Below, piece after piece: positions 1 through 14,000 of a DNA stretch of 64,000 nucleotides (position 1 is the first letter of the stretch; each line of letters begins with the position of its first letter). Position numbers and translations under genes: made by a program. Location: assembly GCF_002571385.2 (NCBI RefSeq), contig NW_019218128.1:252410-316409 (forward strand). The letters run 5' to 3'. A model generated the notes under the pieces. The model had not been told where the DNA came from. It saw nothing but the letters and a program-made list of their open reading frames with translations, and did not search any database. Source of the stretch: Stylophora pistillata. Its lineage: Eukaryota.

Positions 1-3000
1 ATGTTGTGGTAGATCTGCCATGATCTGTGTCTCTGCTCTCGGCTCCATTTCTCTGCACAAGACACACTTAAACTTGACCGTTTTTGCAAGGTCGTGACCT
101 CGCACGATCCAATAATTCTTTCTTGTTTTGGCTACTGTCGTTGCTACACCTGGATGTCCGCATCGATGAGCGTCTTGCATGATCAGGCGTGACACACTGT
201 GGTCATGAGGTAACAATACTGGGTGCTTCGATTCGTATGATACGATTGCTTTGTCAACGCGTCCTCCCACTCTGATAATGCCTTCGTCGTCAACAAAGGG
301 ACTTAACATTTTGAACTCGTTCTTTAGGAGGCGGTTTTGTAGGCTTCTCTGTGCCTGCCTGATCACATATCTTCTGCTTTCCTCTAACTCTTGGGCATTT
401 AGCGGCCCTTGGGATGGTTGAGGCTCGTGGGTTTGCTTTATTTTGGCCATGAGGTTTTTCTTCAGCCTGAAGACCCATGATATCACATGAACTAGCTTCT
501 TCCAACTGGAATATCTATTGCCATCAATGATGGATGGCGTGAATACTACTGCTCCTACATTCATTGTCTTCCTACACTCCTTGTCTACTTCTTCTTGGGT
601 TGGTTCCAGCTCACTCTGGGGCCACTGTTCTTCAGGTAAGCGTAAGAAATCTGGTCCGGATTGCCACCTTCCCGACAACTCCGTAACTGTTATGCCACGC
701 GAAACATCATCTGCCAGGTTATGTCTGCTTGGAATATGCTTCGATTGTGCTTGGTCGGTCTGACTTTGGATTTGTCCAACTCTGCTAGAAACGAACGGTT
801 TAAAGCGTCTGACCTTGCCGCGTATCCATGCCAATACGATGGCGCTGTCGGTAATCATGAAGGTTTTTTCGAACTCGAAACGCGATTCTTCCTTGATTGT
901 GGCTTGTAATCTCGACGCCAATACGGCTGCTTGTAGCTCGAGTCGTGGGATCGTGATTTGTTTGAGAGGGGCCACTCTTGACTTGGCTGCTATAAATTTG
1001 ACATCAAATTCCTTATTCTCTATTGACCATCTGATATAAGCACATGCGCCAAATGCTTCTTGAGATGCATCTGCGAAAACACAAAGTGTCGGTCGGGAAT
1101 ATGAAGGTTGGCGCGGCGACAAACTTCTAGGGAAGGAAACTTCATTGAGCTCTTTTATTTCCTTCAAGAGACTGAACCACTTCTGATGTACTGCTGTGGG
1201 GAGGTCTTGATCCCATCCATATCCTTGTTGCCATAGCTCTTGAAAATCAATCTTGGCTCACACCAGAAGAGATGCTGCAAAGCCAACAGGATCGTAAATT
1301 CGCGCTATTTGACTAAGAATGCTTCTCTTTGTCCATTTGGTTGTATTCAAGCTGTTCATGACTTCCGTTTGCACTTTGAACTTGAACGAGTCTTCGGCAG
1401 TGTTCCATACTATACCCAAGACCTTGTCTTCGCCAGATCCCTTTATAACGTTCACTTCTTCCCTTTCTCGTTCACCGGTGCCCTTCAAATCTTTATTTGA
1501 TCGCCACTCTTTTATTCTGAAGCCACCTTTGGTTAACACTTCATCAATTTCAGACGTCAGTTGTGCTGCCTCTGTCACCGTCTGCAGGGAATCCAAGATG
1601 TAGTCCATGTAGCTGTTTTCCTTTAATGTTTTTGCTGCACGTGGGCTTTCAGTTCCTCCTTCTGCCGTTTTTCTTAAGGCTATTTGTGCCATGGCTGGCG
1701 CTGGCTTGTCTCCAAAGGTCAGAACGGTCTTCACATAGGTATCAGGCTCTCGATCGATTTCCATATCTCTCCACAGGAAGCGATGGACATGCTGGTCTTG
1801 CTCCGGAATAAGCACTCTGTGGTACATTTTGGAGATGTCGCCACTAATAGCCACTTGATTTTCTCTAAAGCGCATTAAGACGCCAAAAAGGTTGTTCAGT
1901 AGGTCCGGTCCTTTAAGCCAATAGTCGTTTAGGCGATGGCCTTGATATACCGAGGAAGAGTTGAACACAATTCGTAGGGGAGTGCTTTTTTTCTCTGGTT
2001 TCAAAACTGCATGATGGGAGATGTAATGTACAGGGCCAGTGTACTTTGTCAATTCCGCTCTTGTCAGTTTTCTAGAGAATTTCATGTCTTCCATCTCTTT
2101 CATTTCCTCGTTATATGCCTTGGCATTTGCTTGATTTTTCATTAATCGACGCTCTGTTGCTTCTAGTCTTTTCATAGCTTGGGACCGGTTGTCGGGGAGA
2201 AGTTTGGGATCTGTTTTCCACGGATAGGGAATCGTCCATTGATTTCCCACTTTCTTGCAAGAATTTTCGATTATTTTCTTTTCCTCTCGTTCGAGCTGAG
2301 TTAGCTTGTCCATTGAGCAATCACTGGATCTTGCTGATACCCCCATGGATTCGGTGGACCAAAATTCTGAGAGATCAACAGGAGCGGCGTAGTTGACGAA
2401 AAATAGTCTACCTTTTTCTTGGCCTTTGCTGGCTGTCGTTCCAAATACCACCCATCCAAGCGGTGAATTCCTGGCCACCAGATGCTCTGACTGTCTCGTT
2501 TCGCCTGTGTGCATTCGGGCGTGGTCTATTCCAATAAGGAGGTCTACTGGACCAGAGCCTCGAAATATCTTCTCTTTCGTCAAAAGTGACGCCTTTGCAG
2601 CATTCTCCTTAGAAATTCCGGCGATGTCATCGCTTATTTGGGGAATTCCAACTGCCTTTACAACGAAACTTCTCTTGTTGACCAGTGAGGTTACTTGGAC
2701 CTTAAACTCCCTCGTCCTCGTTTGTTCTTCTTCTCCGCCTATCTTGGTGATGGTAATTGTGACTTCCTTCCCGTCAAGACCAAGACTTTCTGCTGTCCCC
2801 GAACGAATCAGGGTTAACTGAGCTCCGGAGTCAAGAAGTATATTGCCACGCTTGTATAATCCTTGCCCTCCTATTTCAGCCGAAATAATCGGGAGTAGTG
2901 CATCCTGGGTATGTAGGACTGAGGAGATGCTTGCTCTAACATCTGTATTCTTGTGGAGTAGAGGATGATGGTAATATTTGCATCGCGCACCGTGAACAGT

Positions 3001-4277
3001 TTCTGTACATTGCTTTCTTCTGCTACAGTTAGACATTCTGTGCTCTTTTCCCGCTCTTTTAAGGCAACTAAAGCAGGCGTGATTTTCCTTGGAGGGACTT
3101 AAACGCTCATCTGGATTTAATGCTGCAAATTTCAGGCACTGATCCGGCCAATGAGTCGAATTCTTACACAACCAACATTTGTCACTTGGGGTTTTACTTC
3201 GTTCGTCATTTCCTTTGGTTACGTAATGAACAGTATGATGAGTGCTGCTCGTTCTGAGGGGTGTGGTGGCTCGCATGCGGGACTTCATCTCAGTTGTCAT
3301 CCACGTCATCAAATGGTGAAGGGGGTAGCAGGCTCGCTGTTTCTTTCCACTTCTCTCGACCACACCTTCCTGTCATCGGTACACATCTTCTTCTCAATAA
3401 GTGACAACATAAGACTGTTGTCCATGTCACCTAGTACTCCAATTTCTTTCAACGTATTATAACATGGTTTAACAAGATGAACTAATTCGCAAAATCGAGC
3501 ATCTTCGTCGTCTCGTAAGGGCTTAAACTTAACTATATCTTGCATGATGGTGTCGGAAACAACTCTGGGGTCCCCATAAATTGAATCGAGATAATCCCAT
3601 GCTGCGTTGTAATCTGTTCCGATTCCCTTAATTAATTCCAGCGGTTTGCCTTGGAGGCACGTGCGAAGAAAAGTGATGGCATCGCGCGTGCTGTACTTTG
3701 ATTCAATCGCATGTTTGAAGTCTGCTTTAAATATCGCGTATTCTCTGACATCTCCTACAAATTTAGGCATTTTTGGTTTTTCCATTTTGAAACCGCACGA
3801 ATCAACAACAGTATTTTGGCTATCTTCTTTATCATTTACAACGGAGGTGTTAACGCTTTGACTTCCGCCAAGCTGAATTCCAATCATTCCATTACTTTTG
3901 TCTGTTACTGAACCAGGATGATTTTCACTAGCATCGAATAATACATTCGTCGTAGGTGGAATACTACTCTTAACTTTGTCCATAGTTTGATCAATGTACT
4001 CCTTTGACCTAATTTCAATTCGCATAAACATTTCTTGACACTCTTCAAACCAACTTTCTTCCTTCTCAAATTCTGTATCATCATCGATTAACTTCGTAAA
4101 TTCTTCGTGTCTCTCGATAAGCTTCTCATAAGCTTCTTTTACTTTATCAAGCGATTCTCTTCCCTCGGAAGCTGGACGCTTGCTTTCAATTGTGTGATGA
4201 AGAGATTTTCGAGCCCTAGTTAATGCTGCTTTCGCGTTTCGGCGAGTCACCTTTGCTTCTTTAAGAGCCTCTGACAT
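1..4277 (-). pseudogene. BEL/Pao LTR retrotransposon gag-pol, disrupted; runs off the left edge
   Basis: ORF 3309-4277 has a gag/DUF1759-like block (KMEKPKMPKFVGDVREY). ORF 1258-3363 has CCHC knuckles, protease (LLDSGAQ) and RT (DISKMY..., YMDY in place of YMDD). RNase H (FADAS) and the HHCC region follow after further frameshifts at ~3330 and ~1258. Confidence 0.95.
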
Positions 4278-4330
4278 GTCGAACTCCTCGTGACCTCAGG
4301 TTAGCGGAGAAATCGAATGAAATGGACCAC

Positions 4331-4742
4331 TGACGAGTCGACAACTTTAGAAGTTTACGGAAACGACCGTATATCGGATAATCAACGGTTTATTGATATA
4401 ACTATTCCATCTGAAATCAACAAATTTCACAACAGTTATTTGTGGTATTCACCTACGTTGAGATCCCTAACAAATAAATAAAGAATTACCGTAGAAAACT
4501 CAAACCAAACCTACTTCTGTGGCGGGTTTCCATAAACTATGAACTACTGAACTGAAACTGCGGCTTGAATTACCGAACTCGGTGAACTTAAACTCCTGTA
4601 TCTGGTAAGCGGCTGATTCACATTTTTTCTTAACGTGCTATAACTAGACAGGAAACTAAAACCAATCAAAGTGTAAATTGTTCCTAAGTGTCAATCAAAG
4701 TTTGCCTATTGTCCGTTAATAATTAATTCCGTTGAGGGAACA
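4331..4742 (-). mobile_element. 5' LTR of the BEL/Pao element, with putative PBS immediately inside
   Basis: On the minus strand it reads TGTTCCCTC...GACTCGTCA, contains AATAAA (tttatt ~4389), and is followed by gTGGTCCATTTC about 50 bp before the gag ATG. Confidence 0.7.
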
Positions 4743-4770
4743 TCCTCCAATCATTGCTTTCATTGTCAAG

Positions 4771-6352
4771 TCAATCTAATGGTACAATAGATTGGCAACA
4801 ATTGACAAGGGCTGAACAAACTCTTAATATACAGTCAATTAGAGGTTCCTGGCTCTGTGTGCTACTTAAAACTTTTGTAGGTAGTGTACCTTCCAATATG
4901 GTATACTTTCGTCGCAGCAACCCTATCACTCTCTCAACGTGAATCCTGACACTAGCTATTCCTCTTGATCTTTCTACATCAACTGGATCTAATTGGGCCT
5001 TTCCTTTTGTAAAAGCAGGAATGACAAGCTTCCCATTTTTTAATCCCACGTTTTCAGAAATCGTGAAAACCTCTATCTGCTATTGCTGTGTCTCCAGGAA
5101 CTAGCTTATCTAAAATACCACAGTTCTCTGCAATGAACTTATCTGATGTTCGCCCACCCCAAGCTTGAGAGACAAGTGATATTGTTCCTTGGGGTGTTAT
5201 ACCTATGAGTACCTTGATGGTATTGTGGTGCTTGTATGAGCTGAATGTTTGAGCTCGAGCCAGTAGATTCGATGGCTTTTCAATAAAAACTTCAAAGCAG
5301 TCTATTATCACAGTCACTTTTTGTCCGAATGTGTACTGAAAACACATTGGCATGGTTTTCCATAACTAGTCTCTTTTAGGCCAATAAATGAAACAAGAAA
5401 GTCTGGAGTCCATGGCAACTATCCAGGAAGTAAATATCCTTGAAACACTTGAAAGGGACACCACAAAGCGGTATGCTAAATCTTGGAATGGCATATCCAA
5501 ACGAAGCTTCATTAAAACCATAACAAATTCTTGGAAGCCACCTAAGATTGTAGAGCTATGTTTTCGTGCAACGTTGGGAGCTACATGTTCAAACACTACC
5601 ATAAGTACTTCATAGGAGGGTAATCCAGTATAAAAACGGATTTTATCTGAAGAATCAAAAAATCTTTCGTCTGGAGCTCGATAAACAGAGCTTGTAAACA
5701 TGTAGTTGAATTCATCAATCTGTGTGTCGGTATTTGATGAGCCTTCGCAAACTATTAGAAAGTCCTCTGTCGAAGTTGAGTTTTCGACCATATGTAAGGT
5801 TGTCTCACCGACCGTTTCACATTCGCCATCATAAAAATCTTTACTGCAAGAAGGCTCAGAGCAAAGTAACTTACCAGTAGATGAATAGTCAATACAAAAA
5901 TCAATTTTCTGAACAATTGATCCGCTTTTATCTAGCTCCTTTCTTTTCTTAGCCGCTTCCATTTCTTGGCGCTCCAAAGAACGTTTCCTTCGATCTTTTG
6001 CTCGTTTGGCCCTACATTCTACTGCTTCTCTTTGTAGATCTTTCTCATTGCTGCTCTGTAAATCTCTCGGCTTGCCTAGGTTTACCGTTGGCACCCAGTC
6101 AACATTGTATTTGTCCCAAACAGCAGCGGCTTTGCCTGAAACAGAGTGTAGACTGCGAACGCGTTCGCTCTCGAGCACTCTCTTTTCCTTCGTATCGCCT
6201 CGACTAACTGCAGAAATCCAACGAGTTCTTCGCTTTCTGGTTAGCTCTTTGTGTTCTTCTCCTTGATTTGAAACAATCTTCGGTATACAATGAAATTTTC
6301 CTTTATGTTTTCCGCTTTTAGATCCGCAACCAACGACTATACAATGCACCAT
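4771..6352 (-). pseudogene. THAP + HTH + DDE_Tnp_4 transposase (ISL2EU/PIF-Harbinger-like), disrupted
   Basis: N-terminal MVHCIVVGC...WISAV (THAP), FYTGLPSY...LMKLRL..FQDLAYRF (HTH), then IIDCFE, ADRGF and RIHVERVIG, split across ORFs 5366-6352, 5054-5353 and 4771-5049. Confidence 0.9.
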
Positions 6353-6493
6353 ATCTCACACTTCTTCTCCATCTACTATCATTGTTTACCTTTGAAGGGG
6401 CACAAAGATGGCGGTTAGCAGCCGTTGTCAAGTGTGGTGTCACGGGGGTGAAAGTCACCAATTGTTCAAAACAAGAAGTAAGGAATTGCTTAA

Positions 6494-9272
6494 CCCCTCC
6501 CCTGCCACACCCAATGGCCAATAACATTGTCTAGCAACCAGCGGCCATATTGGATTTTTTGCTAAAATTTGAAAAACCGTCAAAAACTCTGTATTATGTC
6601 TATATACAGTCTCATATGGATAAATAAAAGTCATTGAAACACTTTCTGGCATTTTGTGTAGTATACTGATTGTTACTCGGTGTGAAAAACTCTAAAACAT
6701 GGGGCAGGAGAAAGTCCGGGGTGAGTGTTACACTGTCCACATTGATATCGTGTCTCTTTTCTTCCTCCTTGCTTGGAACAAATTTGGCATCTCTTCTGAG
6801 GAGTCTGCTTATTGGGAGTTGGGGGGATCAATTCAGAAAAATGTCACCCTGAATACCGATCATTAGCATCTGGTGTAACAAGTTCAGTTGATGATGCAGC
6901 AAGTAAGGCAGACATGTAGTCAAACTTGAACTTGAGTAATGGCTTTTTTCCTCCAGATTTCTTGTACAAGAGGTGTGCATTTAGAACCCTTCCTCTATGA
7001 AATGAAATACTATCTTCTTTGTCCACTTCATGCTCTTTCTCACACTGCAGTAGGTGCCAATCAACTCGTCATTGCGGTCTACGCCTCCCATGTATTTATT
7101 ATGGTCATCGACCAACTGCAATTTTCGCACATTGTTCCCATGCCTGTCTCTCTTCCCAGTGTCTACTACATTGGCTTCACGCACTGTGGACAAGAAATAA
7201 ATCTCTTTCTTGTCATTCAATCGCACAGCCAGCATGTCGTCTTTCCTTCTGAAAGCATGCTCTCCTTTTGCTAGTCGAGGAGTCTTGAGGGAAGCTGGTA
7301 ACTTTAGCCTATTCTTCCCAGCAGTTCCACAGGCTGAAGTGTTATTCTCATAAAGGTAGGAAAACAGTTCTTCACTTGTGTAGCAGTTATCAACAAAGAG
7401 TTTGTAGGCTTTCCCAAGAAGGCCTTCCATCAGTCGTCGGATAACAGCGCCACTCTTACCAAGTCTACGTATAGTTGCTGATCAGCAGCTGCGGCATCCG
7501 GCTCTTTCCCAAGGTATACATAAGAGTTCCAGAGGTAGCCTTTGGTTTCACAGGGGCTAAACATCTTGATGCCAAATCTTGCTCTCTTTAGTGGAATATA
7601 CTGCTTGAAACCAACCCTGCCTTTCCATAGCAATAATTCCTCATCAATTGAAATGTGCTTCTCCGGAGTGTAAACACTCTGGAACTTTGACACCAGATAT
7701 TCAACAGCAGGCCTCACCATGTATAATCTGTCATGGTTTGGATCATTTGCATCATATCTACTATTATTTGCAAAATGCAGAAACTGCAAGATTGATTGAA
7801 AACGATTTCTGGGCATCACACTGTTGAAAATTGAGCCTTTCAGTAAAGGATTTGTGCTCCAGTAGTCTGATACTTCTGGTTTTCTCACAATTCCCATCAG
7901 AAGGACAAGTGCCAAGAATTTCTTCATCTCATTTCAATTAGTTTCGTCCCATGAATTTGCACGTGAATTTGGGAGTAAATTTGCGAGTAAATTTGCATTC
8001 CCCCTCTTGTACTGAGCAGCATACAGGTTTGTTTGCTCAACCAATAAATCAAAAGACTCATTGGTAAGAAACAAAGTCAAATAATCACTTACACCAGCAT
8101 TGTTTGGCAGCTGTACTTGTAAACCTGTGCGAGCAGTAAATGCGGGAATGCGTGGTTGCCGATCATTTGAAGTCCACTGCTGTTCTAACATCGCGTCTTC
8201 GTGTTGTTGGTTTCTTCTTGCACCGCGTCCAGCAGCGCCGTTGTGTTGTCGAGCCCGTCCACGACCACGTCCTCGTGCAGGTCTGGGTGTATTTTCTTGA
8301 GCGTCATTTTCGCTCAGTTCGTCGCTTTCATCACTTTAAGATGATTCTGTGCTCTCTCAAAGAACTTCCTCTGTGTAGCTTTCATCAGAACGAAAGGCAA
8401 ATCCATTCATCGGGCTCCTCATCTATTTTTGCACAACACCTAAAGGAAGAAAGTCGCGGATTACTTTAATTTCGCTCGGTAATTTTTAACAACTCCACTA
8501 TACCTGAAAAAAGGAAAAAACAAAACAAACCAAAAAAGAATGTGATACCAGTCAAACCAGTGGTAGCAACTCTTGCAATGAATCATGTCGAGGTACCATG
8601 ATTCTTTCGATTTTATTTCAGTTTAAAATTTATTTCGCCAAAACGAAAACAAAAAAAAGAAAATTAATGAACGCATGAGTCGGAGCCATTCCTGCGAGCG
8701 GTGAAATACAGGAATGGTTCCAATCTCTAGTCGTCCACCTGAACTGAGTCTGAACTGACTAAATGAGTTTAGTCAGCGGAACGAGTCAGCAGATGGAATA
8801 TCGCTGAACTAGAAAGGTCTCCCCTTCGTTATGTTAGTAACCATCTCTTGTTTGACACATCGGAGTTTTCAGTCGCGTTGATATTTCACTGTCCCGCTTG
8901 GAGACACACGGTTAAACAATACTCACCTGCAAGGAGTTAAGATATAACTTATTAACTTTTACTATTTTTATCATCCAATTACAGCTCGGAGCCATTCCTG
9001 TATTTAGTCGCTAGTATAGCTACGATGAAACGCCATTTTGTTTTGACTTGAAGTACACTGAAGCATTTTGGACACTGAAACCCCGGTAAACCAGTCAGCG
9101 GTTATGTATATGAGAGGAGAATGATTCGTGACTACCATAATAGAGTTTCTCTCTATTTTCTGAACTACCGAGCCGTGATACAAGTCTTTTATTTCAGGAC
9201 GTATATATACGTCTCGGGTCGTTTAGGTCACGCAAATGATGACGTATATATACATCCGTGGCAGGGAAGGGG
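6494..9272 (-). mobile_element. piggyBac DNA transposon with intact ends
   Basis: TTAA at 6490-6493 and 9273-9276. 15-bp TIRs CCCCTCCCCTGCCAC and CCCCTTCCCTGCCAC (1 mismatch). Subterminal GACGTATATATACGTC palindrome at ~9198. Confidence 0.93.
6844..8191 (-). pseudogene. piggyBac (PGBD4-like) transposase, fragmented
   Basis: ISIDEELL, KQYIPLKRARFGIK, FVDNCYTS and YMGGVDRND motifs spread over four broken ORFs. Confidence 0.92.
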
Positions 9273-9499
9273 TTAAGGGCCGCTTTATTTTCAGGTAAAC
9301 AGCCATACTGTATTATTTAAAATATATTTAAATTGTTGTTGTTGTCACAGTTCACATTCTTTCAGAGAAACTGGGAATAAACCACTGTTGATACATGCTA
9401 AATAGTTGTCCTATCAAAATATCAAAACGAGGCTCTTGGCATTTGAAAGCACACTGACTGGTGATGGGAAACCCTTGTGAATTATATAGACTCAAAAAG

Positions 9500-11010
9500 A
9501 ATGTTTAGAGCTTTTCAATGTGATCAATCAAAGTACTGTACAAATCCTTTACTTCATTAGGTGAGTTTGGCATGAGCCAGTGCTTTTAATGTATGATGAT
9601 GTTGGCAAGATCTGAAAATTCTGGTGTGCAGTAGAGTAGTTTCTCGCTATTACTGTCACACACAAGTTGCTGAATAATAGCGTTGAAGAGTAATAAAGTA
9701 GATGTAGAGAGCAGTGCTGTCAACGTTGTCAACTTCAATCATAAACTCCGTTGTACCTGATACCTCTGGAAGTGAAAATAGAAGATCCGGACGTCCTCCA
9801 GGGGATTTGTGGTTAACTGATGGTCTAATTCTATGATTGTTCCAAAGCCATGTAGCTCTGTACAGTTCATCCATGTAGCAAAACCTCAAACATTCCACAT
9901 GTGCCACATTAGAATCACAATAACAGCCAGTTTCTTGAAGTTCTTTGAAATGCTGTATCCACCAATCAGCACAACCCCTTCACAGCTGGGACCATCAAGC
10001 TTCTATCCTTTGATTGGATACAGAGCGGCCATAAATAAAACTCTTCTTTGCCCGAAATGAGTCATCTGAATTGTTTCGAAAGAAACGTTGAATTGCAGCA
10101 ACATGGCTGTTTTCTGTACCACAGTCCGCTCGTACAATACGGGCAGTGCCCCCCATCTCAAAAATACATTTGAAAAAATAACGCGCAACAACTGTCGGGT
10201 CATTGTTAGACATCCCGACCTCGAGCCACATTATTCGCCTACTATAGCCATCTATACATCCGTAGATGGAAAAACCAAAATGCTTTAGTTTATCATATCC
10301 GTCAATGTGCCAAAGAAAATTTAGCCCTCTTCCCTTATACTGACGCCTTTGAAGTCGATGCCTTAACCGCCTATCAACACCCTCAGGATCCATGATCCTG
10401 AGAGCGTGCCGTACCTTCTCTTTAGAAACCACAAGGCTGCGATCTGTGACTCATCTTTGCCAAACACATCTATATCCAATATCCTTTCCACTTCCTCGTT
10501 GCTCTTGTTCAATAGCGACATTAACAGTTCTCTGGTCGGAAACGTTTTGCCGTCTTTTAAGGCCTCTACGGGCTAGTATTCTTTTCAACTGTCGCAAACT
10601 GAGTTCCTCGTCATGCAGTAATAGAAGACATGAAAGTATTTCAGCGTGGTTGTATCCAATTGCTCAATTAATTCATCAATTGCTCGATTAATTCAGCACG
10701 AAAGTTGAAGGCCAAACGCGCCGCCGTGTTTGCCCCGTCTACACCGTCTACACAAACATAACCCAGGCTCTTGCTTTACAACAACTCGTCACGTAACTCG
10801 TCACATAACTCGTCACATAACTGGTCAAATAACTCGTCACGTAACTCGTCACATAACTCGTCACATAACTCGTCACATAACTCGTCAAATAACTCGTCAA
10901 TTAACTCGTCAAATAACTCGTCACATAACTCTTCAAATAACTCGTCAAATAACTCGTTAAGTAACTCGTCAAATAACTATGTTTGATGATGGCCCTTTGC
11001 GGGGTCCGTA
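9500..11010 (-). mobile_element. IS3EU-like element A: integrase-core pseudogene plus one terminus
   Basis: WHIDGYDKLK...GCIDGYSRR, RADCGTEN and NQRIE in ORF 9995-10432; WNNHRIR in ORF 9656-9907. The terminus reads TACGGACCCC on the minus strand from 11010. Confidence 0.78.
10781..10979. repeat. 12-bp subterminal tandem array (ATAACTCGTCAC/A)n, ~16 units
   Basis: Directly visible. It lies between the TACGG terminus and the integrase start. Confidence 0.92.
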
Positions 11011-11082
11011 TCTTCACCTTGTACTTTGGTATAAATATGGAACAATATTGATGACTTTTCAGTGAGAAAGATCAGTGAACTA

Positions 11083-12330
11083 CCCTTATCAAAAGAACAT
11101 GTATGTCACATATAGGAGACATATGTTTCATTACGGTACATATATGTGACATATATGTTCATATATGTCGTATATATGTGTCTATACAAGATTGCATGTT
11201 AACATATATGTAACGTTTTCATGTAAAAGGTGACATATATGACACATATGTGTACAATCTTGCATGTAAAACATATAAGTAACATATATGTAACTTTTTC
11301 CAGTAAAAAGTGACATATATGACACATATGGTGTAGCGTTTACGGCGACCAAAATCTTAATTCTCAAGTTTAAGGGCGTGTCGCTCAAAACGCTGTTAAC
11401 GAGGTGTTTAGGACTACTTTACTGATCGAAATGACAACCCAAGGTTGACTGTTTGCACGAATCTTTATTCTTGAAAGGCAATCGACCACGAACCACAATC
11501 AATTACGAAAATAACGATTATTCTCGCAGTCAATCAATCTATCGAACGATCAATCGTAAACTGAAACAACAATACAACGAAGTTCTATCAATCTAACGAA
11601 AAGCCGCGGAATACATGATCAAAGAATCGCATGTTAAATACTGGGCTCTAAAGTCTATAACGAGATTAACAATACAAGTGAAACAGAACAAAGGTTTGGA
11701 AACAAATTAACAGAGTTTTGATGACTGATAAACAGCCCATTGTTCTATCTAAATGATGGGCGTTCACTGACTCGCCAACTGGCACGAATTTGGCCTTTAA
11801 ATCTTAAATCTATACAGATCATTGCAATATTTGTTTGTATATTGTCGCCCAACACTGAAAAGACTGGAGAGGGAAAAACAAAGTTACAAAGGTACTCACA
11901 TATCGGTCCCGCTTGTGCCAGAGGTTGAGAAAACGAAAGGGCGAAAGTTTACCAAGGCTATTCAAAACGTACGAAGAACTGATTAAAGGGACGCTAAAAT
12001 TGCCTTTTATATGCGCGTGGTGACGCTGAAAGGTCCAATTACAAAACCAATAGAAATACAGAAAAACAGATAAGCATTGTAACTATGTGGCTATCTAAGG
12101 TCATTCTGAAATTAGTGAACTAATCAGTAATCAATCAAAAAATGAGCCTTCTGGCTAATGTCTTTAACATATGTGTCTATATAGCTTAGAGGTTAACGTA
12201 TATGTAACATATATGTAGGGTTTTTAACCCTATTCTTTTAAGACATATGTTACGTACTGCATATGTTGACTCATATATCTCCTTGCAATAACAGTATATA
12301 GTTCCCAAGTATTTTTTAAATTTACATGAA
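11083..12330. repeat. Putative CACTA/CMC-type end with ACATATATGT subterminal repeats, interrupted by a solo LTR
   Basis: Starts CCCTTATCAAAAG. Many direct and inverted ACATATATG motifs occur on both sides of the LTR. An EnSpm relic lies ~1.3 kb further in. Confidence 0.5.
11332..12169 (-). mobile_element. Solo LTR (~840 bp)
   Basis: TG...CA ends. Minus-strand TATA-like CATATAAAAGG (~12003-12013) and AATAAA (~11464). Flanks are TATGG and TATGT (4/5 TSD match), and the interrupted ACATATATG array resumes afterwards. Confidence 0.7.
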
Positions 12331-13499
12331 GTACCTAATTTATTAGTGTGCCCACGCATGCATGCATGCAGCAATTGATGGATTCAATCCATTGATAGAT
12401 TATCAATTTTGTTATTCAACCTAGCCTTTATCACATCTAGCTTTTGTATATATAATTATATATGTGTAGGTCTATTTACAGTCTTAATTTTATCTCCATT
12501 AATTTTTAGCTACCTTCATTTGAGCTTGCAACTTCATCCTCAGCAGTATACACGCAATACCCAAAAACAAAATAAATTTACCCGAGATAAAAATTTAACT
12601 GCAACTTTATACATTACAGACTTGTATAATTATTTTTATGTTGTTTTTGGTTATGGCAATGTGTGCTATTTACATTAAAACACAAGAAAAAGAAAAGCTA
12701 ACAAAGATAAAAGAATTATAACCAACAAAGATATATCTCATGATCCCATCTTTGATCTATATGTGCCTGCATGTCCAACTTAGCTTAAATACGAATCATC
12801 TTGCTTGTATGTAAATGCATTTTAATACTATTAAAAACTCTGGTTAATGACTCGATTGGCCAATCAAAATGACATGCTGCATGGTTGTCTAGGTTGTCAG
12901 TTAACCATGCTATACGTCATACAATGACTTAATTACAACGAAAAACAAACCTAATACTGTTCAATTCCTCAGTATACAGCATGCATGGGAAGCTGAAGAA
13001 ATCTCTCAAATTACATGCATTCTCAACCACTCAAATCTGTCTATATTTATAGCTTGACTTCAATCACTTTCTGTGAAATTGGGAAAGCAGCTCACATAAA
13101 CACAATCCGCATCATTGAAGTTCATAAACACACATTTGTGTCTAATGGTATGACATGGATGTCTTCCTCTCTGGAAAAAAATAATAACATACATAATTGC
13201 ATATAACTCTACTTAAGCAAATCCCAAATGGTATGACCCAGGTTAACAAATTATGCAATCATTTAAAACACATGTACCTTTCCCATTGTAAAATTGATGG
13301 TTATGGTGTTCTCACTGCTCTGGTGAGCTTTTTGACAATACAACTTTTAGCATTTCATTTTTGAATGGCTGGGCAACTGATACTTTATTATTGCACACCT
13401 GAACTAGCTTGTCAGTGACTGTGAAACTATTTTTTTAGTTTCCTCGTTAAGACCTTAGGTGTTTAATGACAGCCAGTAACTCAAAAATACAGAAAAAGG

Positions 13500-14000
13500 T
13501 TCCCTTTCCTATGTGATTCACTTGCCAAAACATTTCAGTGAAAGACTTGTACCTTGGTCTCTGCATTGCTTGAAGGTGTTCCCGCATTCTTCCTATTCCA
13601 GCGTTTTCAAAAAGTTGGAAATCCTGTTTGGGTTAAAGTTTGACTACAACGGGAAACTACTGTTCCCGGTTACACTTGCAGAGGGCAACACATGCATTTT
13701 GACAAGCTGGTGTATGTTTTATGAAGTGCTGTACCCTTCCATATGCTGTCTTACAGTTACACTGTGACCTATGATCACAATTATTGTCCTCATAGGTCAC
13801 AGTGTAACTGTTGCGTCTGAAGACGTGTCCGTAAGATTTGGAATGGAACACTTCAACTTTGATTAACACTCTTTTGAAAGCCTGGCACCATCCCAAGACC
13901 TTCTCACCAGAGCAGTTCAGTATAGCATTCTTCATTCAACTGCTCTGTGACTTCCATCTCAGAGAAGGCACCAAGAAGATGTACTCCTTCCTCAAGCTGT
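13500..14000 (-). pseudogene. EnSpm/CACTA transposase C-terminal relic
   Basis: FKRV...FHSKSY...RRNSYTVTY...YGRVQHF pattern in ORF 13657-13935. Confidence 0.6.

Noticed and set aside
3309-3363. Programmed gag-pol frameshift
   Set aside because: BEL/Pao elements normally have a single ORF, the break falls inside a conserved gag block, and the element has other lesions (YMDY, more frameshifts).
10730-10986. Low-complexity ORFs (TRHI / NSSH repeats)
   Set aside because: They are translations of the 12-bp tandem array.
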